Positions 50,970-63,049 of a DNA stretch of 64,000 nt are shown here, piece by piece. The stretch covers positions 77,810,001-77,874,000 of the forward strand of contig OX597820.1 of NCBI GenBank assembly GCA_951406725.2, read 5' to 3'. The notes under the pieces are model-generated. The model worked only from the letters and a program-made list of their open reading frames with translations, was not told the origin of the DNA and made no database searches. Positions within the stretch are counted from its first letter, which is position 1. Each line of letters starts with the position of its first letter. The position numbers and the translations under genes were made by a program. Source of the DNA: Octopus vulgaris. Taxonomy: Eukaryota.

Positions 50970-51472
50970 CGATACCATTACCTTAAAACTGGTATTTATT
51001 TATGGTTTTTTTTTTTTTTTGCCGAACCGCAAAACTACGGGGATTTAAACACAGTAACACTGGTTGTCAAGCGGTTTTTTCCGGACAAACACAGGCAAAA
51101 GCACACACATATACACACACATTCGCGCGCGCACCCTCACACAAACGCACGCGCGCGCACGCACACACACGCATATATAGTTGAAATTTACAGAAAAATA
51201 AAAAAAGAAGACAGCTGTATGAACAACAAGTAGGTGTTTTAGTTTGACGCTAGGGAAGCTGAGAAAGTCTCTTCAACAGAAAGGATCAGAGAGAGAATAG
51301 AGAAAAACTTTTAGAGTTAGCAGTCAAGCTTCTTTCAGTTTCCATCTCCCAAATCCACTCACTAACTTGGTCGACCCGAGATTATCGTAGAAGACACTTG
51401 CGTGAAGTTGCGCGTCGTAGGACTGAACCCGTAGCCATGTGATTTGGAAGCAAACTTCATACCACACAGCTA
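50970..51472 (-). mobile_element. SINE family C split by another short repeat
   Basis: Tail TTTTGCCGAACCGC..GGTTGTCAAGCG and head TTTCAGTTTCCATCT..CCAAATCCACTCAC..ACCACACAGC. Confidence 0.7.
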
Positions 51473-51618
51473 CATTTGTATTTATAGCTAATTAAGAGCA
51501 TGTAGCCCAAAGACATATAGATGTTTAAAGGAGGCAGTGCCCTGTGAGTTCTTACAAAGAAAATCTTACAAAGATATCTGGCGAAAATTACCCTAAGGCG
51601 CACTGTTACAAAAATATA

Positions 51619-51809
51619 CAGGGTTGCCCAAAAGTATGTTTACAGATATCAAGCAGCCAGTTTAAATTTTTTTTTAAACATTTTATTACATTTAAATAAA
51701 TTAGCATAGAATAATGGTTTCAAATTTTTTTATAATAGATCTAAACTATTAATATATGAATGCGAAAGTGATAGTTGAATAATTGTAAACCTATATTTGG
51801 GCCAGCCTG
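51619..51809. mobile_element. Tc1/mariner-type MITE, 191 bp, TA-flanked
   Basis: TA|CAGGGTTGCCCAAAAGTATGTTTACA ... TGTAAACCTATATTTGGGCCAGCCTG|TA imperfect TIRs. Confidence 0.8.
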
Positions 51810-51889
51810 TATATATATGTGCGTGTGTGTGTCTGTGTGTGTGTTTGTGTGTGTGAGAGCGTGTGTATTTGCGTAGAGAGAGAGAGAGA

Positions 51890-52000
51890 ATAATCCCCCG
51901 CCTATCGTGGGTGTTATGTTCCAAAACCCCCCGCGATAGGTGAAAATCCGCGAGGAAGAAACAGTGCAGTACTGTATTTTTTCTCATTATTTATATATAT
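51890..52000 (+). mobile_element. Possible pogo/Tigger-like terminal fragment
   Basis: TAATCCCCCGCCTATCGTGGG..CCCGCGATAGGTG with an internal inverted repeat, typical of such ends. The partner end is not clear. Confidence 0.4.
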
Positions 52001-53077
52001 ATTAGTATAACTGCAAAACAACACGTAAGCTTAAATAATAAACAACGATATGTCAGCCTGATATGGCGACAGCTTACTGTATATTTGTTTTTATTCTTTC
52101 TAGCTTGGTACAGCGGCCATGCAGGGGTAACGGTGTTAGCTTTGCTGCACATTCACTAAACACTAAACCACCTCTGGAGTTCGACTTTGCTTTTCATCCT
52201 TTTGGGGTCGATAAATTAAGTACCAGTTACGCTCTGGGATCGATGTAATCGACTTAATCCGCCTGTCTGTCCTTGTTTGTCTCATCTCTGTTTAGCACCT
52301 TGTGGGTAGTAAAGAAATAGATATATGCCATTTTTTGAATGAGCGAGTTTGATGATGCTGTCCTCATATGTTGTTTCTTGCCAGAATCCAGGCCCATCTG
52401 GAACTTGTGGCAGGTGGTTACAAAATTTTGTTTGGAAGTCACCTACATCCATTGATATGTATCTGTGTGTCTGTGTGTGTGTGTGTGTACGTGTATATAT
52501 ATATATATATATATATACATATATATATACATATATATATGCATACACACACACACACATACATAAGTACACACACACACATTCATATATGCGTGCATAT
52601 ATGAATAATTATTTAAGAAGCTTTTCGTATTGTCTCTGTCTTCTATTCCATTACTTGATGCGTCAAAAATATTCGTAAAATGTATTAGTGTGTCTCCTGG
52701 CGTGCTTTCCTTCATATGTGAGTGCGTACAATGTTATTAGATATAGTATTCCGAAGTCTTTGATCTTTCTGCGTAACGTCTCTGATAAAGACTACATCGT
52801 TGCAAAAGCACATTAGAAAAGTTGAGTAATTTATCACAATTACATACTTACTATTATAGAGTTAATTAAATCATCTCTTTATATTAAGATATGCATTCGA
52901 ATAGCTTTCATGTGTGTCGGTGTGTCTGTCTGAGCGCGTCTACGTGAGTTTTTCTACTTCAAGATATATGTGTGTGTATTTGTGTGTGCGTATGTATGAA
53001 TATGAACATTCAATACCTATGAATACAAGTAAAGATATGTATATATGTGGTTACACCAACACACAACACATATACGT

Positions 53078-53079
<2 letters not shown>

Positions 53080-53126
<47 letters not shown>

Positions 53127-53161
53127 TAGATATTTTATGCAGATATGAATATAGGCATATA

Positions 53162-53208
<47 letters not shown>

Positions 53209-53408
53209 AAAATGCGTACATTTATATATACATATATATATGCATACGTGCATACATAGGTATAGAGTATCTTTGTATAAACGCATGTATGTACGTTAGT
53301 ATTGTTTATGCGCATATACATATGAATGTATATAATTATATCCACACCTATCTAAATGCATATATATATATATATATGTGTGTGTGTGTTACACATACGC
53401 ATATATAT

Positions 53409-53463
<55 letters not shown>

Positions 53464-53988
53464 TATAGCGGGGTGCGTATGTATATGGACATGCGTGCGT
53501 GTGTGAGTACGTGCATACGTGCGAGCTTTCGGGCATATGTATGTATGTGTGTGTGTGTGCGCGTGTGTGCGTGTGTGTTTGCGTGTGTGTATGTACGTAC
53601 ACGGATACATAATTCTATAAAGTGTTAGTCCTGTACCACTTCGAAATATATTTCCTTTTCAGTCTCATATTGACTCGTTATTATACTTCTCTGTATTTCA
53701 ACATAGTTTACATTTATTCTTTCATTCACAGTAATTTTGCCTGCATTAGTTTTACTTCTATGAATAGCGTCTATGAATGCAATATATATTATCTCTCTAA
53801 ACTAATAATTTCAGCTATTTACTTGACGTATATTCAAGTCGTCTGTGAAGTTTGTGCCGAAGATCAGAGTTGAAACGAATCTCTTACTTTGATTTTCTGA
53901 TTTCATTTGTTTTGACAACGAAATGAACGAAATGAAAACGGCATTACATATATATATATACATATATATATGTATATATGTATATCTA

Positions 53989-54040
<52 letters not shown>

Positions 54041-54131
54041 CATACATATCTATATGTACATATCTATGTACATAGTTGTATGTATATATATATACGTAAT
54101 TATACTTTATGTATATATATATATATTTGTA

Positions 54132-54174
<43 letters not shown>

Positions 54175-54300
54175 TCATACATATATATACGTAATCATAC
54201 TTATATATATATTTAAGTTTATAAGCACTTATTCATATATATATATTCATATAGTCACATATGCAAACAGATATAAACACATATATATGTGTATATAAGT
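53080..54300. repeat. (TA)n/(TG)n/(TACA)n-rich low-complexity region
   Basis: Directly visible. Confidence 0.9.
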
Positions 54301-54936
54301 GCGTTTTTATGTGTAAGAATGTCTATGCATTTTTATACATAGATATGTGTGAGTGTGTTGTGTGTATGTCTGTGTGCGTATGAGACACACACACACAAAG
54401 ATAGAGTGAGAGAGTATGTGTTTAATCTTTGCTATTTATCATAAATGTTTGTTGTTCACTTCCACTTTTAACAGATAGGCTTCTCAAAATTGTTTCGGCA
54501 ACATGACATTTCCTTCATATATATTACTAATTTGTTAAAAACTAAAAGTCCTATCTTAAAGTAGTAGAGCTAGATATATCGGCAAGCTGGAACTTGTAAT
54601 ATTCATAAAGGTTAAGTTGGCTAGCTGACAGAATAATTATCACACAGGGTAAAATGCTCACGGGCATTTCGCTTTTCTTTACTTTGAGAGTTCAAATACT
54701 GCCGAGATCGACTTCGCATTTCACCTTTCGGTGATCGATAAAATAAGTGCCAATTGAGCACTGAGGTGGATCTAAGCGACTGAGTCCCTTCCCCTAAATA
54801 CTGGCCTTATGCCAAAATTTTAATCCAATATTCCTAAACGTTAAATCTCGTACTCAAATCATATTGAAGGTAAGGCGGTAAGATTGTGCCTAATCAAACT
54901 ACTCATACATTTATGTGATTTAGGCAAAGGAAAACC

Positions 54937-55087
54937 ACATTATTTACATTGGATGGATATGTTTCCTCATCTTGTTTTTTGTTACCACAACGTTTCGGCT
55001 GGTTTCCTCTCCAGCCTTCATCAGGTGACCTGGCAGATTTTTAAACCTTACCCTAGGTTTATTCCTAAGGTATTTTTTTGCAGATGC
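54937..55087 (-). mobile_element. Short hammerhead-containing repeat (Penelope pseudo-LTR/retrozyme-like), copy 1
   Basis: Reverse complement aligns with 57196-57345 (AAAATACCTTAGGAAT..CCTGATGAAGGCTGGAG..CCGAAA.GTTGTG.TAACAA..ATGAG..ATATCC..TAAATAATGT). Confidence 0.7.
54984..55029 (-). ncRNA. Minimal type I hammerhead ribozyme motif (intact core)
   Basis: GTCAC-CTGATGA-A-GGCTGG(AGAGGAAA)CCAGCC-GAAA-CG-TT-GTGGT. It has a 6-bp stem II, a 5-bp stem I and a palindromic AACGTT stem III. Confidence 0.7.
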
Positions 55088-55162
<75 letters not shown>

Positions 55163-55198
55163 TTGAATAAATAATAATAACAATAATAACAATAATAT

Positions 55199-55233
<35 letters not shown>

Positions 55234-55242
55234 GAATAATAA

Positions 55243-55305
<63 letters not shown>
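55088..55305. repeat. (TAT)n then (AAT)n, head-to-head triplet arrays
   Basis: Directly visible. Confidence 0.95.
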
Positions 55306-55306
<1 letters not shown>

Positions 55307-57148
55307 CTCTTTTGTTTAGCCTTAATACCTCTCTCAAAACAGCTGAATAACGCGCAGTACGGGTATAAAATGTTTGATAAAAATATAAATCATCTCATTT
55401 ACATGGATGATTTAAAGCTTTTTGCAAAAAATGACCAACAACTCAAGGGCTTACTATCGATAGTCAAACAATTCAGTGACGACATCAGAATGCAATTCGG
55501 CCTCGATAAATGTGCAAAAGCTACCTTTATCAAAGGAAAAATGACAGAAATATCTAACGTTAACCTTCACCAGCAGAATGTCATAAAAGAACTAAACCCA
55601 GCGGAGAGCTACAAGTACCTAGGGGTAATTGAAGGGAACGGAATAAGGCATTCAGAGATGAAGGAAAGGATCAGGAGAGAATGTTATCGAAGAGTGAGAG
55701 CAATACTCAAGACAGAGCTGAATGCAAGAAACAGGATCGAAGCGATCAATGCATTAGCCATACCAGTCGTGACTTACAGTTTCAATATCGTTAACTGGTC
55801 AATTACTGAAATATGTCAGCTCGACAGAAAAATAAGAAAACTGTTGACAATGCATAGAATGCACTACCCTAAGGCAGATACAGAACGACTTTATCTGCCA
55901 GGAAAAGAGAGAGGCTGTGGTCTTTTGCAACTGGCAATAACAATGAAGATTGCTACAATTGCCCTAGACACCTACCCGAAAAAGTCTGAGGACTGGATGT
56001 TAAAACTTGTCTCAAAACATGAAAACAAGAAAGCATCATACTCAGTAACAAAACAGGCAAAGGAATATCTAAGTGAATTCTGAATACAACAAATTTCGGA
56101 ATTAGAGATAGACATACAAGAAACAAGCACAGAAAAAGCTAGGCGCATGAAAACCCGTGCCAAAACTGCGGCCTTAGATATTCTGAATAATAAATGGCAA
56201 GAAAAACCTTTCTATGGCAAATACCCAAAGAGAGCGAATAATGCAGATATTGACAAAGCCCTTACCCATAAATGGCTAATGGCCTCTGGCTTAAAATCTA
56301 AAACAGAAGGGTTTATCATAGCAGCTGAAGATCAATGCCTACCAACAAGAAACTACTAGGCCAACATATTAAAGAACGGCAGTAGCCCAACATGTCGTGT
56401 ATGCCGACAACAAAATGAAACCATTGATCATGTTGTCTCCAAATGCAGTCTTCTAGCGCCTACAGAGTACCTCAACAGGCATGATAGAGCTGCACAATAT
56501 ATTCACTGGGTAATTTGCAAAAACCTAGATTTGCCCCATGAAAAAAACTGGTGGCAACACAATCCTCCTCCAGTGCTTGAAAATGACCACATCTCACTCC
56601 TCTGGAACTTCACCATTCAAACTGACAGAAAGATAGATGCAAATAGGCCAGACATCATATTGAAAGACTTCAGACAAAGAACATGCCTCCTCATTGATAT
56701 GACTGTATATAAACGTATCTGTCAAGACCTACTAAAAACTGAGCAAATATAAAGATCTTGAAATAGAAATCAGCAAAATGTGGAACCTGAAGACTAAAAC
56801 AATACTTGTTGTCATAGGTGCCCTGGGAATGATAGCGAAAGGGGCTGATTGCTACCTAACTCAGATACCTGGAGACCCCAAAATGGCAGAAATTCAAAAG
56901 ATAGTGCTCATGGGAACTGCTCATATCTTACGCAAAATACTCTCTATGTAATCCCAAGGTTTAAAATAAACTTTTTTTTTTAAATTTATGTATTAGACAT
57001 TCACTAGTACAACACCAAGAAACAATCCCAAATATATGGCACACTAGGCATAACAACAACGTGAACTTCCAACCTGTTGTCTCTTGAGGTCTCTGGGTGA
57101 GACTTGGAGCCAACTTGTGCAGACATAAAGCAAAAGTCAAACATAGAA
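55306..57148 (+). mobile_element. R4/Dong-like family B, 5'-truncated within RT, pseudogenised
   Basis: HLIYMDDLKLFAK, FGLDKC, YKYLG, CCHC and REL motifs, ILRKILSM*. Several in-frame stops and a small deletion. (AAT)n on both sides. Confidence 0.93.
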
Positions 57149-57195
57149 ACTAATAATAATAATAATAATAATGATATCAACAACAACAACAATAC

Positions 57196-57378
57196 AATCG
57201 AAAATACCTTAGGAATGAGAACCCAGGTTCGAAATTTCCCCAAGATACCTGATGAAGGCTGGAGGGTATATCAACCGAAATGTTGTGTTAACAACAAACA
57301 ACATGAGAACAAATATCCGTCAATCATAAATAATGTAAATAATGTACATAATTCCTCATCTCTTAAATATAGAACTGT
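57196..57378 (+). mobile_element. Short hammerhead-containing repeat, copy 2
   Basis: Homologous to 54937-55087 in the opposite orientation, and starts immediately after (AAT)n/(AAC)n. Confidence 0.7.
57244..57289 (+). ncRNA. Minimal type I hammerhead ribozyme motif (mutated)
   Basis: GATAC-CTGATGA-A-GGCTGG(AGGGTATA)TCAACC-GAAA-TG-TT-GTGTT. One stem II mismatch and a CG>TG change in stem III. Confidence 0.6.
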
Positions 57379-58442
57379 ATCAATCTTCCACGTTTGAGAT
57401 TTAATTAAGTAATGTTCTTTCATCAGTTTAATAGTGAGATCCTAAACTTTCGCTTCGTTATATAACGTAAGTTTATGTAGACGAGTACGTTGTATGAATC
57501 TTAATATAAGCAGTCGGATCTATGTTAAATTAGTGAGATTGTCTATGGCTTAGATGCTATCCTTGAGGTCTTCTTGATAGATTATGAGAAGAAACTACTC
57601 CAATGACTACATGACTGCCTTCCATCGTTAATGGTTTCAGCCGGGCAGTTGATTTATATGCTTAATACGTCGATTGATGGACCATATACTGAGTTGATGA
57701 GAAAGAAAATAAGATATTGCGGCATTCTATGTTTTTCTAAAGAGCTAGCGGCTAAATGAAGATATCAAAACTCAACTTCTCCAACCGCGGGTTCAATTTG
57801 GTGCTCTACGTGTCGTTCGCTATTGATTGGTTAGATATTAATAACGTCAATATACACAGTATTCAACAGAGAATAATATTTCATTACAATGTAATTTTTC
57901 TTTAAGTAGGATTGTTGATATAAGCCAGTATTATATTCTGCATCGCAAGGAAAATTATTTTAAACCAGAGTTATGATTTAAACGGACCGTGTTCAATCAG
58001 ATGAAAAATTTCATTCAGATGGGAAATTTCAAAATCTTGTCGCAAAATTTCATTATTCTAATATAATATCAACTCCCAGTGTTGTAAAATCAACAACACT
58101 CTTCAAACAAACCAAATCTTCACTGAATTACAATCATTGATGTGTGTAGACAACTAAAGAAAACTAAAATTACTGAATCGTTAATAATATTTTTATAAGT
58201 GTTTTAATGGTTTCTACGCTGCAATACGTATAAATGATTTCTTCTTCTTCACATGATATTATTTGTGTTGATGCTAGTTCGCTTTATTACAAGTCGGCTA
58301 AGTAGCAAAAGCAGTAGGACTCTTGACAGTATGGGATACAATTCAAAGGCCGCGAGCTTGTAGAATGCTTATCAGTATTTCTTCCTTCTTTATGTTTTGA
58401 GTTCAACTGCCGACAGAGACAGACACGACAGAGTGGAGACCT

Positions 58443-58892
58443 TCATACACTGGAAACTATGCCAACATTATGGAATAACAACAGAACAAAGATGGTATAG
58501 GCACACCCCAGGGAAAGGCCACAGAAAACGAGAAAGCAACCATACTCTGGGATATGCCAATACACACAGATAGAGAAATTAAGGCCAACAGACCAGATAT
58601 AGTTGTCAGAGATCATGAGGAAAAAAATGCTTTCTAATTGATGTATCAATACCAACATATGACAACGTGTCTCTAAAATAAATGGAGAAACTTTCAAAAT
58701 ACAAAGACCTGGAAATAGAGGTAACTCGAATGTAACCTAAAAACAGAAGCAATTCCTATCATAGTAGGTGCATTAGGCATAATAAAAAAAATATTCAGAC
58801 AAATACATAACAAAAATACCAGGACTTACAAACACATATAACATGCAGAAAATTGCACTACTAGGCACTGCATACATCCTACGCAAAACACA
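58443..58892 (+). mobile_element. R4/Dong-like family D, REL fragment
   Basis: TILWDMPIHTDREIKANRPDIVVRD..CFLIDVSIP..QKIALLGTAYILRK. Homologous to 30677-30950. Confidence 0.88.
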
Positions 58893-59014
58893 TTAATTCA
58901 TATCTTATGGCCGAAATTTGGTAAAGAAAAGCAGTGCAATAATCTGTATTCTCTTCCTTCTTATCCGCTGTTGACTTACCACATCTTGCAGCGGGCAAGA
59001 ACACATAGCAATTC

Positions 59015-59232
59015 AGAAACACACAAACACCGTTGACTTCATTTACTAATATGATGTGAAATTCGCCGATCCAAACTGCTCGCTAATCACAGACAACGTT
59101 GTAACCAGGTCAGTGATGTACAGTGCAACAACGTTGTCGGCGAAAACATCGCAGTGTGGATCGGTGAAAATTTTCACACCAAATTACAAACCTTAAATGT
59201 TTAAGTGAAATTAACGGTCTCTGTGTGTTTCT
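59015..59232. mobile_element. Palindromic (fold-back) MITE-like element
   Basis: Nested pairing blocks AGAAACACACA/TGTGTGTTTCT, GTGAAATTCGCCGATCCA/TGGATCGGTGAAAATTTTCAC and GACAACGTTGT/ACAACGTTGTC. Confidence 0.65.
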
Positions 59233-59530
59233 AAACGGTTAATTTATGTCTTCTATTATGTGGTCATTTTAGTGTCAACACAGGTATCTCAGATCAAAAC
59301 ACTTGCCATACAAGTACAAACATCTGCTAATCTACTAATCCATTATCTTGGATACTTACGTCGTAATCAACCTAAAAAAAACTTCACTTCGAAATGGTGC
59401 ATGAAAGAACGTGGCATGAGGCAATTTTAAAGTGCCTTGACGTCTCGGCCTGTGCATTTAATAAACAAATCCCTTGGCTTCCCTAGATAGAGACGTCAAT
59501 TCATATATCCTACACAAAATGTCAGATGTA

Positions 59531-60817
59531 CGAGGGGCGTTCAATAAGTAATGCCCCTGACCCCCTTCCCATAGCAGTAGAGCAACGGAATTTGGCACAG
59601 TTATTAGTCTTTTTCTACATAGAAACCACCTAGAGTTACGCATTTCTCCCATCGTTTGATGCAGCTGTGGAGACCGTTTTTGTAGAAGACCCCAGCTTGG
59701 TCCTCCAACCACGACGTGACTTCAAAAATCAAGGCTGCATCATCTGGGAAACGCTTTCCTTTCAAAAACAACTTCATGGCTTGGAAGAGGTGAAAATCAG
59801 AGGGTGCAAGGTCAGGAGAGTAGGTGGGGGAGTTCATAGCCGCACGCCTGTGCTTCTGATATGGCGACACGCGAGTTGTGGACCGGAGCGTTGTCCTGCA
59901 GGAGGAGGATGCCTTTGCTGATCTTGCCCCGCCTCTTGATTTTGATAGCTTCTCTTAATTTCCTCAAAAGTGAAGCATAATAGGATCCTGTAATTTTGGT
60001 ACCCTTTGCCAGGAAATCTGTCATCACTACTCCGTATTGGTCCCAGAAGACTGTGAGCATGACCTTGCCAGCGGAGGGCTGCACCCTTGCCTTCTTTGGA
60101 GGAGTTGAGTCACGGTGCTTCCACTGCATTAGCTGGGCTTTGGTCTCTAGATCATAATGATGGACCCAGGTTTCATCCTGTGTAATCAGTCTTTTGAAAA
60201 TTTTTGACTCATCTTCTTGGCACATCTCCAAATTTATCCTCGAGCACTCGATGCGTTCTTGCTTCTGGAAAGGTGTGAGCAACCTGGGAATCCATCTGGC
60301 AGACACCTTTTGCATATGCAAATGGTCATGAATGATAGTTTCCACAGACCCGATACTAATCTTGACCTCGTGGGCTATTTGGCGAATAGCTATGCGTCAA
60401 TCTTCCAAAATGGCAGCCTCAGCTTGACGGACACATGCCACATCAATGGCAGAAGGTGGGGGCGACCAGATCTGGGAGCTGTTTCCACAGAGTTCCGACC
60501 ATGTTTGAATTCACAATGCCAGTGTTTTACAAGGTCATATGATGGGGCATCATCACCATAAGTTATTTTCATTTCATCAAACGTCTCCCGTGGTGTGCGT
60601 CCTTTCAAATACAAAAACCTGATCACTGCTCGAAACTCAACAGGCTCCATTTCACACTTGACTCAGTTCAAACCCCTGTAAATCAGAAACCACAATTAGT
60701 TCAGAGCTGTAATTTGCCACTTAATCTATAGAGTGATAAATAATTGCACCTGCAAAATTTCAGCTAGATCAAACAACTGCGAGTGGGTCAGGGGCATTAC
60801 CTATTGAACGCCCCTCG
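59531..60817 (-). mobile_element. Full-length mariner (DD34D), 1287 bp, same family as 37281-38571, TA TSD
   Basis: TA|CGAGGGGCGTTCAATAAGTAATGCCCCTGACCC ... GGGTCAGGGGCATTACCTATTGAACGCCCCTCG|TA. Confidence 0.95.
59604..60650 (-). pseudogene. Mariner transposase with two frameshifts
   Basis: ORF pieces 60390-60650, 59812-60345 and 59604-59870, with WIPRLL, QDETW, QDNA and YSPDLAPSDFHLF. Confidence 0.92.
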
Positions 60818-61141
60818 TAATATCGTTTGTCTTCTACGTCTTGCACTTAGAAAGTTAATATAGTCATACAATGCAATTTAATATAAGAGGCAACACAGAA
60901 TCACTACGAAATTCGTCACGGTTGAGTTATAATTCTTTTGGACGTCGATTTTTATATGATGAATTGTAATATGTTGTTTACAATTTCCAATATTCAAAAG
61001 TATATTCTTGGAAAGAATATGGTGTGATTTTGTAATGCCTGCGTGTTAAAAGAAAATGGTAATAGACCGAACGAAATTCGCATTAAGTTATGATTTTAAA
61101 TGCCATGTTTAACTACTTTATTCTTAACATATGCCGCTATA

Positions 61142-61595
61142 GTAAGGCGGCGATGTTAGAGTCATTATAATCGACTTAATCCGTTTGTCTGTCCTTGTTT
61201 GTCCTCTCTGTGTTTAACCCCTTGTGGGTAGTAAAGAAATAGGTATTTCGTCTGCCGTTACGTTGTGAGTTCAAATTCCGCCGAGGTCGACTTTAGCTTT
61301 CATCCTTTCTGGGTTGATAAATTAAGTACTAGTTGCGTACTGGAGTCGATCTAATCCTAACCCTAACCCTAACCCTTCCCCCAAAATTTCATGCCTTGTG
61401 CCTAGAGTAGAAAAGAGTTGTTTGCAGGCCGAGCAAAAAGCTGAGCGGTATTTCGTCCGTCTTTTCATTATGCCCTGGTCGACTTTGCCTTTCATCCTTT
61501 CGGAGTCGATAAAGTAATTACCAGTTGAGCCCTGGTGTTGAGGTAATCGACTGAGCCCCTTCCCCTCAAAATTTTGTGCCAAAATTTGAAACCAT
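61142..61595 (+). mobile_element. SINE family B cluster
   Basis: GAGTTCAAATTCCGCCGAGGTCGACTTT and two Meta-like cores. Confidence 0.8.
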
Positions 61596-62029
61596 TCTAT
61601 ATTGCTATAATACGTGAGTCTGTGTGCACGTTTACATATCAATATACATCTCACATACATGCATAAGCTCACATACATACACATGTGTGTATGTATATAT
61701 GTATATGTGTATGTATGTTATTTAGTAACAGTTTGATTGTTTGACTCCACGCAAGTTTTGTCACAAAAGGAGGTAGCAGCGAATTATTTCACTTCATTAA
61801 CATAAGTTTCAAATGAAGACAAGAGGAAAGCAGAAACACATCATATTTACGAAGCGGGAATTATAGAGAACGAGAAAAGTTATGTGTATCCATCAATCTA
61901 TTTATCTGTTTGCTTAAATTAAAATAATAAGGGTAAAAAATTAAATATTAATTGGATTAAAATCAATTTAAACCAGTGACATAGCATATTGAAAAAATCT
62001 GAAGATTCAGAAAAATTATATTACATATA

Positions 62030-62460
62030 TATAAGAGGGATGACCACTGAGTGGACATCCAATATGCTAGATGTAGACCCCATATGGTTTGACCACTATG
62101 AAAATATTGTTCTCAAGAAAATTCAGCCATAACGCAAGCGAGCAAGACAAATGAAAGATACAAAATATAATGATTAGTCACATGTCAGGTTTCATTGTTA
62201 CCACTTACATAATTACATACTATGCAATGACGGCCACACTGATGAATTACGGACATTTACGTATGTAATTATGTAAGTGGTAACAATGGAATCTGGTATG
62301 TGACTAATCATTATATCTTGTATCTTATTTGTCTTGGTCGCTTGCGTTCAGGTGTTTGCTGAATTTTCTTGAGATCAAGATTTTCTCAGAGGTCAGACGA
62401 TTTGGGGTCTACATCTAGCATACTGAATGTCCATCTAGCATACTGGATCCCCCTTATATG
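62030..62460. repeat. Long inverted repeat (~190-bp arms, 40-nt spacer)
   Basis: 62193-62220 is the perfect 28-bp reverse complement of 62261-62288. Outer blocks TATGCTAGATGTAGACCCCA/TGGGGTCTACATCTAGCATA and TCTCAAGAAAATTCAGC/GCTGAATTTTCTTGAGA also pair. Confidence 0.92.
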
Positions 62461-62469
62461 TACTTGTGC

Positions 62470-62505
<36 letters not shown>

Positions 62506-63049
62506 CGCTCTTCCTATCCTTCTCACCCTATCTCTCTGTCTGTCCAACGGTCTGTCTGACTGCGAGTGTCGGCTTGCGTATTTATAAATCAATACGCCTG
62601 TTTATTTGTGTATCTATGTTTGTCTTTCTGTGTCTCATTCTTAATATCCACATCTTCTCCACCTCCACGATTACGATCATCAGCATCCTCAGCATCAGCA
62701 GCAGCAGCAGCAGCAGCACAACCACCACCACCACCATTATCTTCACCAGCAGCAGCACCACCACCACCACTATCATCATCATCATTATCATCATTTAGTG
62801 TCCATTTTGCATGATCTGGCGCTCAGGGCGTCATCGATCACCGATGTTAGCTCTGGCATGTTTTCTACTGCTAAATTTTCTTCTAAATGCCAATTACATT
62901 ATAGAGTGTACTCGATGCTCTTTTCATGCCACCGGCACCAGTGAAGTTGTTGTGTAAACATGCAAGAACGAAAAAAAACACCGACACAACTCGGCCATTT
63001 ATACCGACACAGATGAGCAGGACACGTCCACCGAACGAAATAACACTAA

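Noticed and set aside
51180-51310. CCTTT-CTGTTGA-AGA half-motif on the minus strand in a short repeat next to (TA)n
   Set aside because: No stem II or GAAA partner in this copy and the box is non-canonical. It could be a deleted hammerhead but is unsupported from this sequence alone.
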